Part shown: positions 1 through 9,300 of the stretch, in pieces
Layout of the letters: every line of letters starts with the position of its first letter
Position numbering within the stretch: the first letter of the stretch is position 1
IMG/VR virus record: IMGVR_UViG_3300018876_000054
Location: 1-33,781 of that record
Reading direction: 5' to 3' (one strand)
Length of the DNA stretch: 33,781 bases
Origin: a virus
Lineage: Duplodnaviria; Caudoviricetes
Made by a program: the position numbers and the translations under genes
The notes under the pieces: model-generated
The model's database searches: none
The model's input: only the letters and a program-made list of their open reading frames with translations
Told to the model about the DNA's origin: nothing

Positions 1-615
1 AGGTTGTCTTGCCTGATATGTATAAGGTTGTGCAATAGTGTAAGGAACCTGATAAGGGTTTTGATATATCGAAGGTTGTCTTGCTTGTGCAATATACGGT
101 GTCTGTCTATTAACTGGATTCTGATATATAACTGGTTGTCTGTTTTGATACGTAAACGGTGTTCTACCAGTTACCTGACGTGTATAAGGTGCCTGATGTT
201 GATAGGTTGACGGTTGTTGTCCTTGTCTTGCATACGTATTAGGTTGTCTATTTTGATATGTGAACGGTGCCTGTGCATTTGCTATATACGGATACGGTTG
301 TTGTGCATTCGCAATATACGGATACGGTTGTTGAGCATTAGCAGGATACGGTTGTCTTGCATTCGCAATATATGGTGATTGATAACTTGCTGGTTGTTGA
401 GAAGTTATCTGATAACTTGCAATGTAAGGAACCCTATACGATACTGGGTTTCTATATCCAGCAGGTTGTCTTGCCTGATATGTAGTCGGATGTTGATACG
501 TATGTTGATATATCACTGGTTGTCTATTCTGATACGTAGAAGGTATCTGATTTTGATATATCACTGGATGCTGATAAGTAGCAGGATATGGTGTTTGTTT
601 TTGTCCTATTGCCAT
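1..615 (-). CDS. Gln/Pro/Tyr-rich repeat protein, probably virion fibre/filament (3'-truncated by the window edge; missing from the ORF track)
   Basis: Hand translation from the ATG at 615 gives 205 open codons to position 1 (MAIGQKQTPYPATYQHPVIYQNQIPSTYQNRQP...PYIANAQQPYPYIANAQAPFTYQNRQP...). A strong SD (AGGAGGT, 621-627) sits 5 nt upstream and overlaps the previous gene's stop codon. Confidence 0.9.
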   Translation of the reverse strand, partial: MAIGQKQTPYPATYQHPVIYQNQIPSTYQNRQPVIYQHTYQHPTTYQARQPAGYRNPVSYRVPYIASYQITSQQPASYQSPYIANARQPYPANAQQPYPYIANAQQPYPYIANAQAPFTYQNRQPNTYARQGQQPSTYQHQAPYTRQVTGRTPFTYQNRQPVIYQNPVNRQTPYIAQARQPSIYQNPYQVPYTIAQPYTYQARQP

Positions 616-625
616 TCTCTACCTC

Positions 626-1729
626 CTACTTAATAAATTTAATTGTAAAATCACCACCAGTTGGGTTGAAGGGGCTAGACCCTGTTGTTACCCATGTTGG
701 TGCTGGAAAACTCATACTATGAGATGCATTTGAATATGTCGCTAATGGAAATGCTGTTTCTGATAAATTAGGTGAACTGATTTTAACCTTAGTAAATCCA
801 GCATCTACCAATGGCATTGGCCCTCCTGGCGATGCAAGGAAAACACTCCAATTAGAAGCTATCATTGCAGAATATGATGGCCCATTTTTCCCTACCATTA
901 TTGCATTTGAACCACTGAATAAAGCTCCAAGAGTTGGTGATTGTGGTGAACTACCTAATCCTGCTGGATTACCATAAGGAACACCATCAGTAAATCCTAT
1001 GTAATATGCATATCCACTTGCTGAATATAAAGACATTATTCCTGATAAAGTGTAAAATTCTAAATCATATGTGTAAGTGGATGGGACACTTGCAATATAT
1101 GTTGCTGTTTGTTGAGCAGATGCTTCATATGGAGTTTGTCTATTTGCAATATATGGACTTTGTTTGTTTGCTGGTTGTTGAGCAGTATACTGAGCATTTG
1201 CGATATATGGAACACGATAACCAACAGGGTTTCTATAAGCAGCAGGTTGTCTTGCCTGATATGTAGCAGGGTGTTGATAAGTTACCTGATATATTACAGG
1301 TTGTCTACTATTATATGTAAATGGACTTTGTGCCTGATATGTAAATGGACTTTGACCTTGTCTTGCGTATGTAAAAGGTGACCTACCTTGTCTTGCATAA
1401 GTCGAAGGTTGTCTTGCCTGTGCAATATAAGGTGTTTGACTATTCGCAATATACGGATAAGGTGTTTGTGCATTTGCAATGAACGGATAGTTCGCATTCA
1501 CTGGATGTGGATACGGTTGTTGTGCATTTGCAATATACGGACTTTGTGCGTTTACTGGATTTCTATAAGTCGAAGGTTGTCTGTTCTGATATGTAAAAGG
1601 TGTTTGTGCATTTGCAATCGCTTGTCTTGTTGCTTGAACGTTTGCAGGCGTTTGACCAATAGCAGGTTGTTGTGCTTGGTATGGTTGTTGGAACGTAGTT
1701 CCTATATTTACATAGATTTCATCAGACAT
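626..1729 (-). CDS. Gln/Pro/Tyr repeat protein with a C-terminal globular Gly/Ser-rich domain; putative fibre/adhesin
   Basis: 367-aa ORF. About 210 aa of PYIANAQ / PFTYQxRQ repeats, then a non-repetitive ~145-aa domain. Starts 2 nt after the fibre gene stop, in the structural operon. Confidence 0.8.
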   Translation of the reverse strand: MSDEIYVNIGTTFQQPYQAQQPAIGQTPANVQATRQAIANAQTPFTYQNRQPSTYRNPVNAQSPYIANAQQPYPHPVNANYPFIANAQTPYPYIANSQTPYIAQARQPSTYARQGRSPFTYARQGQSPFTYQAQSPFTYNSRQPVIYQVTYQHPATYQARQPAAYRNPVGYRVPYIANAQYTAQQPANKQSPYIANRQTPYEASAQQTATYIASVPSTYTYDLEFYTLSGIMSLYSASGYAYYIGFTDGVPYGNPAGLGSSPQSPTLGALFSGSNAIMVGKNGPSYSAMIASNWSVFLASPGGPMPLVDAGFTKVKISSPNLSETAFPLATYSNASHSMSFPAPTWVTTGSSPFNPTGGDFTIKFIK

Positions 1730-1730
1730 A

Positions 1731-3143
1731 TCATACTACAAACCATAAGTGACCAGTCGATGTAGAACCAGCACTTGAAGGTGCAGAAGATACTATTTCA
1801 TAATCAAGAACTACATTGTCACTATCGGTTTTAACTCCGTTAGATGTATTTACAGAAAAACTTCCTGAACCACTTAATGTTAAACCGTCACCACCACTCA
1901 AATATGATTGAACATCTGAGTCTCCGTATTGAGCAGAACCATCTAGTGTTAATGTTCCAGCAGAGTCGTTATAAGTTGCAGTGATACCAGTTCCACCAAC
2001 GATTAATGCACTGACTCTATCGTCAACTCTTTCGTTAGTGAAATATAAATTGTTTGAACCTTCAGTGATACTATCTGAGGTTGTTGAATTGTCAGCAGGT
2101 TCCCAATACTGATTTGCGTTATCCCATACTAGAATTTGACCTGCTGTTGGAGTTGTGGTATAATTAACATCATCAAAGAAGTTTAAATCTTTACCACTCA
2201 TTCTTGAGTCTACCCTTGCATCAGTATAATACAAATTACTGCCTTCTGTCAAGTCTCCTGTATCATGGTTTGCAATACTTGAAACTGTCCCCGTGACATC
2301 TCCAGTGAGGTCACCAGTGACATTTCCAGTGAGGTTACCAGTAAATGATGTAGAGGTGATTGAACTAAATCCTGTTCCTGTTCCACCTGTAATAGTTGCA
2401 GTTCCATCTGTTAAACTTCCACCAGTTACAGCACCACTGAATGTTGCCGCAACACCTGAACTAATAGTTCCTGAGTTGATAGATAAAGTTCCATCTGTAA
2501 TTGTTGGAGCAGTAAATGTTCCACCCGTATTAAGTTTTAAATTACCATCTGCAAGTGTGTTACCAGCAAGTTCAATATTAAAATTAGACGAATCTGATAA
2601 TGCAGTTGTTCTGTTACTTCCATCACCATTTAATATTATACCACTATCGTTTGTATTATAGATGGATTGTGCAGCAGTGTTAGTAAAGAATCCTGATACA
2701 GCACCAGTGTCAACTACACCTAAGTAAGAACCAGTGTATGCATATACACTAAGTTTATCACCAGCACTTGCACCACCTGAATACGAACCTATAAGTGTAA
2801 GTGAACTATATGTGTTCCCACTTACAACTCCGAATCCACCAATAGAAAAGTCTGTATCTGCAACTAAGTGTTTATCATTTAGATACACTTGAACTCTTTT
2901 TGTTCTGAAAGACATAGTGTTTCCAAAACCATCAGCACCACTAAACGATGTTTGACTAGCAGATGCAGTAAATATAAATTCTTGGAAGAAGAAAGATTTA
3001 TCTTCTAAACTATTAACTGCATCAACAATAGTCTCTTGATTTTCAGTTCTAAGACCACTGATATCGCCGACATCATTTGCAAGGTCATTATACCTAGTTC
3101 TGAATTGTTCTAATGTTGAATATTGGTCTACTGTTTTAGCCAT
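1731..3143 (-). CDS. Tail fibre / baseplate-associated fibre protein
   Basis: 470 aa. N-terminal 'STLEQFRTRYNDL' attachment-type motif, G/T/S-rich beta repeats (TGNLTGNVTGDLTGDVTG), two 'TEGSN(N)LY(Y/F)T' repeats and a 'DDVN...AGQILVWD' motif, all typical of marine T4-like fibre proteins. Confidence 0.7.
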   Translation of the reverse strand: MAKTVDQYSTLEQFRTRYNDLANDVGDISGLRTENQETIVDAVNSLEDKSFFFQEFIFTASASQTSFSGADGFGNTMSFRTKRVQVYLNDKHLVADTDFSIGGFGVVSGNTYSSLTLIGSYSGGASAGDKLSVYAYTGSYLGVVDTGAVSGFFTNTAAQSIYNTNDSGIILNGDGSNRTTALSDSSNFNIELAGNTLADGNLKLNTGGTFTAPTITDGTLSINSGTISSGVAATFSGAVTGGSLTDGTATITGGTGTGFSSITSTSFTGNLTGNVTGDLTGDVTGTVSSIANHDTGDLTEGSNLYYTDARVDSRMSGKDLNFFDDVNYTTTPTAGQILVWDNANQYWEPADNSTTSDSITEGSNNLYFTNERVDDRVSALIVGGTGITATYNDSAGTLTLDGSAQYGDSDVQSYLSGGDGLTLSGSGSFSVNTSNGVKTDSDNVVLDYEIVSSAPSSAGSTSTGHLWFVV

Positions 3144-3348
3144 GAACTTTCTCTAATATAGTGTTTAACATTAATTTTATTTCGGAAATTTCTTCCTTTA
3201 AGTTATTTATCTCATTCACCTGAGACTTAAATACTTCTTTTCTTCTTCTTTGTAGTCTCCATGCATTTATATCTGTTGAAACTATTGCAGTGGATTCTTC
3301 ATCTCTTAATAATGATGAATGTCCTTCCACCTTAACATACTCTGACAT
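3136..3348 (-). CDS. Conserved small coiled-coil phage protein (likely start at 3348, MSEYVKVEGH...)
   Basis: The ATG at 3348 overlaps the upstream stop (TAATG). The 'KVEGHSSLLRDEESTAIV' motif and C-terminal heptads resemble the small gene that follows VrlC-like genes in cyanophage-type myoviruses. Confidence 0.7.
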   Translation of the reverse strand: MSEYVKVEGHSSLLRDEESTAIVSTDINAWRLQRRRKEVFKSQVNEINNLKEEISEIKLMLNTILEKVHG

Positions 3349-6300
3349 TATGCAAGTCCTATACATCTCAATGCAGATACCGAAGGAACGACTGCAGTAT
3401 TGGTTCCTTTACCTACAATCTTAACTGCGAAAGCAGTGAATTCAGGTAAGTCTTCTACTGTAAATTCATATTCCTTAAAGTTTCTTGCATCTGCTTCTAT
3501 TGTTGTATCGGGTGAACCATCTGTATTAAAGTATTTCCAATCTATGTCATCAAAAGATGTTGAGATATCGTTTTCTAATACTTTATACATGAACTCTACT
3601 TCTGTTGTAGGTGGTCTAAACACATCTGCAATCACTTTAATAGATGAAGCAGGTGTCTTCAAGTTAACTTTTCTTGTGCAATACACCATTACGTTGTTAT
3701 CACCGTCTGCTTCTGTTGATGGAACATATGTAGTTCCTGTAACAACGTCACTTGATGAATCAATTTTATTTAATCTGTTTCCGATTGCAATCGCACCAAT
3801 AGTTGCGATATCGATAACTGGTGACACGTTTGGATTCACTGACATTAACTGTAATATTGTTGTCATTGATTTTTCTGACTGTAGTAAGTGTGATGCACCT
3901 TCGTTAGTTGCAGAAGCAATAACGTGTGATGAATCAAAGAATACGTTATCATTCAATGTGATAAATTCGTTACTAGTTCTCTTACTGTATGCAGTTCTAT
4001 TTGAATAACCTTCAGGCGAATTCATAGGTGTCATCAATACGTTTCCACTTATTCTAGTCATTGCAAAAGTTAAATTTGGAATCATAGTGTGAAGTGTATC
4101 GAAGTAATAGTTTCTAGAACATGTTGCACTGTCACCACCACCCAATACGTTATCGTTTGCAGTGTATGATGAATCTAAATCGAATGATGTTAAATCAGGC
4201 GTTACTGTAAATGAATCAATATCTATATTTGATAGATTTGTTCCTGAACCAGTATATGAACTGTTGATTGCACTTACTGGAATACCACCAAGTGTATCTC
4301 CTACTGAATCAATTGCAAGTGTTAAGTCTGAACTTCCACCATCAAAGTTTGAGTAAGTCAACGTATCAGAAGTCGAATAACCACTGCCTGGGTCTGTAAT
4401 AGTTGCAACAATATCTGTTCCACTATTTGTGACTACTACTTTAATATTTGCACCTGAACCATTACCCACATCTAATCCATCTCCTGATAGATTATATGTT
4501 CCGTCATTTGGTGTTGAACTTACACTAGGTGTTCCTATTGTTAATACACCATTTAATTTATCACCAGTTACACCATCAATTACGACTTGTGAATTTTCAG
4601 TATACATTCCGTGGAAGTAATTATATACTTTCACATATGTTTGACCATCGAATGTCTCGATTGGATTATCTTGTAAGTCTGCAACTGGTAATGATTTATT
4701 TTCAAAAGTAAGTTTTGGTTGTTTTGAAGTATCAAATTGTGCATGTTTCATGTGGAACTTCAAGTCATCTTCTTGTGTTGCAGTCCATGTGGAAGCATTC
4801 TGAGACAAGAATAAAGAACCAGCATATGGTTGTCCTGAAATTGTTTGTTGTGTTGCAAGGTCTTTCTCACCCATTCTAGAAATCCAACACTCATAATTGT
4901 TTGAGTTTGAATATACTACGAATGCATATTCAACATTTTCTTCAACATAAACTGGTGAATCGAATGTAAATGTAGTTGCAACTGAACCGTCTTGTGATAC
5001 ATTCACTTCTGATGGGTTCTTAGTAACTGTTGAGAACGGTAAGATTGTCTTGCCTGGATATCCGTTATCCATAGTTCTAACTTCGATGGACACTGGTAGT
5101 GTTCCATCTTTTGCTTGGAAGTATAGGTCTATAGATGTCATGAACATACCACCTGACTTTTCTACAATAAATGATTGTGCAAGTGGGTCACCCCAACCTC
5201 TATCTGAAATATCAATGAAATTAAATCTTCTTAATTCTCTATCAAACATTACAGGAGCACTACCCAATGCTGTAGGTGCAAATATAGGAGGTTCTGGCTC
5301 AGGTATCGGTAACCTTGGAGGTGGTGGCGGTGGTAATACAGGCGCTATCGGTGGAACGAAAGGTAATTCAATTGTATCGATAGGTATATCAGGTGCCTCA
5401 AATATTGGTTCTTCAATAGCAGCAACGTTTATCGGAATTGGAATATTTGGAATCGGTGGAGGTGGCATTATTATTTCAGGTGCGATAATATCGAACTCTT
5501 CTGCGTTCATTCTCTCACCTCTTCTGATAAAGTCCCTCTGACCTGATATTCTTTCCATAATTACTCTACCGTTTCTTGTAGAAGTAATTTCTGTTTGATT
5601 AGATTGTAATAGACCTTGTGCCTGATAAACACCTGATGCTTGTGAATTTGGATTTGACAAGTCATAGAATGAAGATGTAATTCTTAGTTCTCTTTGACCA
5701 GTTGCAAATCTTTGTGAGTTATTATTAGGTAAATCGAAGTAACCTCTTAGTCTACCATTACCATCTGATTTAAGATTTGATGAAACTGTTGTTCCACCAT
5801 CTTGTGAATAAGTTGTGTTATAAGGTCTTACGAATGCATTTACATTTATTCCGTCAAAGAAGAAGTAATGGTTTGTGCCTGGTTTTAAGTTAGTCGCATC
5901 AATCTCAATTGTTCTTGCTCTCATGAACGGTATAATTGATACGGATACAACTCTATCGTTTCTTGTTTCTACGAAGTCTTCTACAACACTTGTTGTTACA
6001 CCTGTTCTTGTTTGTGTCTCTACAGTTTCAGTGACTTCTCTTGATACTTGTATACCTGAAGTCCATTCACCACCTTGTGTTGGGTCTCCACTCCATGAAC
6101 CGTTAGAAGTTGCTTGAACTTCTGTTGATACTACGTTAGGTTCCCCTGCCCATGTTGTTTGCCATGAGTTCCAAACTGTTCCTAATGAGTTTGTATTCTC
6201 AGCAAGAACTGCATCAAAGTTACCTTCTCTGTTGATTCTAACTTCAGGTAATTGTTCTGAGTCATTCCATATATCATTCTCAGGTGTTAATTTAACTGTT

Positions 6301-9300
6301 CCAAAGAAGTTAAATACGTGATACGGGTTGACATTGATATGTCTTGATGCCTTATCTTGATTTACATATGTTACTTGGTCATATGGTAAAGTAATTAAGT
6401 CTCCAGTCTTTTGGAAGTTTTGAGATAATGCAGAGTTAAACTCAATATCAAAGAATTGAGAATAAGACTTAGGTCTCATTGCACCAAGTTTTGTGTCGAT
6501 TGCAACTTGATAATCGGGATGGTTTACATCACCAACTCTATGTCCTCTGAAATTATCTACTAAGAAACCTGACTTGAATCTATCGAAACCATCAGCATCT
6601 AAAACCTGTTTTGTTTGTGTATCTCTTTCTAATAAAGATAAAGATGTAATTCTTTCTAAGTTTGTGACACGGTTATTAATCTTACCGATGTCTTTCATTG
6701 TAAATCTTCTATGGTCTTGTGACCTGACTCTAATATCTTTTAACTTGTTTGTATAAGCAGGTATTTTAAGTTCAAATAATTCTATTGCTTCATCAACTGC
6801 GTTTGGTTTTGTTGGTGTTAATGAAGGTATACCTGAAGATATTTGGAATGCACCTGATTTGTGTAAGAACACTTTGTCGATTCTTCCAACATAAAAACTG
6901 ATATCACCTACTATACTACTTCCAGGCACTGGTGTGTCTTGTGCAACAGCACCATTCGAACTTGAGAAATCTCTACTTTCATATTTGAAAGGAGATACAG
7001 TAATACCACCTGAAAGCGAATCTGATATATCAACTGGTGAAGTTGGATTCATAGTTGCTGATTCAAAACCTGATGTTCCAATTATGTCTGCGACAACTGG
7101 TCTACAGTCAACTGCATCTGATAATTCAAATGTTCCATCGGGTTCTAATCCACCTAAGTCTACTCTGTTTGGAGAGTATACTGGGATATCACCATAGTCG
7201 ATTGATGAATATGATTCAACATCAAAGTAATCACCAGCACTAGATGTGAAGTAATCAAATAGAATTAAGAGTTTACCTGTTGGTGTTGGAACTCCAGTCT
7301 TTCTTACTAGTTTACATAAGTCATAGTAACCATCTCTTTGACCATCATCAAAGGTAAAGTTGTTTTTGATATTGGGTGAACCTACTGCAATGTTTGAAAG
7401 TGTTGCAACACCTGAGTTGGTTTCACCAACCACTGATTCACCATCTGTAAATGTTCCACTAATGTAATAGTAGTAATATGTTGAACCACCTGAAGTGATT
7501 AGTTTTGCCCTTGCACCTGATGTTTGTCCTTTGACAATTTCATGAACTGAGAATGAACCTGAACTTACTGTAAAGGTTGCACTTGCTGGTAATGGGTCAG
7601 CACCACCAACACCTTCATAAATTCCATGAATTTTAAATACATCTGCAACACCTAATGATATTTCTTTATCATTGTATGCAGTTCCGTAGAAACCACCAGC
7701 ACTTCTTGCACTTCCTACTTGTAATAATCTTGATTGGTTAAGTGTCTTTTGTCTTGATGTTTGTGTTGTTAAACTTGTTGTATTCTTCTGAACAGTATAT
7801 GATACTAATAGTTTTGCATCATTGTTATCAGCAGGAACAGTCAATGATAATGTCTGACCACTACCTGAAGAAGCAGGTGTTCCACTTAATGTTGTTACAT
7901 CGATTAAGTCACCTTCTGCAAAAGATGTTCCAGCAGTATTTCCTGAATCTTGTTTGATACATGCAATGTTAAAATTATCAGTGCTTCTGTCACCGAATGT
8001 TGCATCATCACCTGTTGATAATGAGAATGCGTTTGATGTTACTGTTACAATCTCTTGTCTTTTAACTGTTACAAAGTCACCACTATGTGTCTTAACATAG
8101 TCTCTTGGCCATGCGAAGATAGATGCAGTTTGGTCTTGGTCAATTAATCTTGCACGTCTTCTAACTGCGTTACCTGTAAATGCAACAGAACCATTTGAAG
8201 TTAATGTTAATGCTGTATCACTTGTTACTGAAGAAACTATTCTTTCTGTTCCTCCACCGTCTACTATCACGTCACCTTCTTTTAATTCTTTTGTAAACTG
8301 AGTTGCGAAACCTGTAACAGATGTATTAGTTCCGATGGTGACTGTTCCAGTTAGAACTTTATCTGAATCTAGAACAACATCTGCAGTAAAGTCTTCGTTT
8401 GAAGATGATGTAGCATTTTGTGCAACACCTCTTGCACGGTCAATATTGTAATTTCTAACTGCAGTTAGTGTTGTTGTCCCTGAGGTTGCACCTTCAGTTG
8501 TAATTGTATCTCCACTTCCAAATGTTCCGACAACATCATATACTAATATTGTAGAACCACTGTTTACTGTTTCTGCAATAATACCAGTTGCACCTGAATT
8601 ACTTACAAGTTTATCTCCAGCAGTAAATATTCCACTTACTGTTCCTGATAATTTTGTATACATTTTGATATCAAATAGGTATACGTTGAATACTGATGAG
8701 TCTGCAAAGATACCACTTGATACAGAACCAGTTTCTAAATCAACACTTCTTGCACGTGCAACACCGATACGTCCACTTGTTGGAACTGTTCCACTTGTTG
8801 GAGTTGAATCTAAAAGATAGATTTCGTTATGTGGTGTTGGGCCTGTCTCATTTCCAAACTCAGGGAATGAGTGTGTATTTTTAACTTTTAATTTATTACC
8901 TAGTCTAACTGGTGTATTTGTATTTGCAAGTGATTGTGTTGACCTTGCTTTGTTTATTGATAAGTTAGTAGTTCCTACTTTATCAATTTCAAAACCTTTA
9001 ACATATGCTTTACCAGGCGATACTTGGAATACAAACTTGGATTCATCTCCACCATTTGCAAGGGAATAGAAACCTCTATTAATACCTGTATCTAAATGGT
9101 CTCTGATTGAATGTGTATATTGTCTTAATACAAAATCACCATTCGCATCAAATGTTCTTCTTGCCATTGCATTCTGAATTTCAGAATACATAGGTTTACT
9201 AATTTTAACTTCTAAGATACCTTTGTTAACTCTTGCAAGTTCAATAAAGTCTGTATCTTCTGTTGAGTCTAGAGTATATTTTGCAAGTGTAAGACCCATT

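Noticed and set aside
1-1700. Recurring ggttgtcttgc / gcaatata DNA repeats as a CRISPR array or DGR template/variable repeat pair
   Set aside because: The repeats are irregularly spaced, degenerate at third codon positions and in frame within CDSs. Differences are not adenine-specific, and no reverse transcriptase or cas gene is present in the window.
4-1765. Plus-strand Cys/Leu/Ile/Arg-rich ORFs (4-210, 379-633, 1006-1266, 1109-1381, 1388-1765)
   Set aside because: They are antisense shadows of the minus-strand repeat genes, whose biased codons leave the opposite frames open. The minus frame has the SD and the operon context.
3349-3366. ORF-track start at 3366 for the small coiled-coil gene
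   Set aside because: The ATG at 3348 gives a TAATG coupling overlap and starts at the conserved motif.
5050-5541. Gly-rich 163-aa plus-strand ORF, or an intein in the VrlC-like gene
   Set aside because: The ORF is the antisense of the Pro-rich insert. No intein C/S...HN motifs or homing endonuclease motifs were seen.
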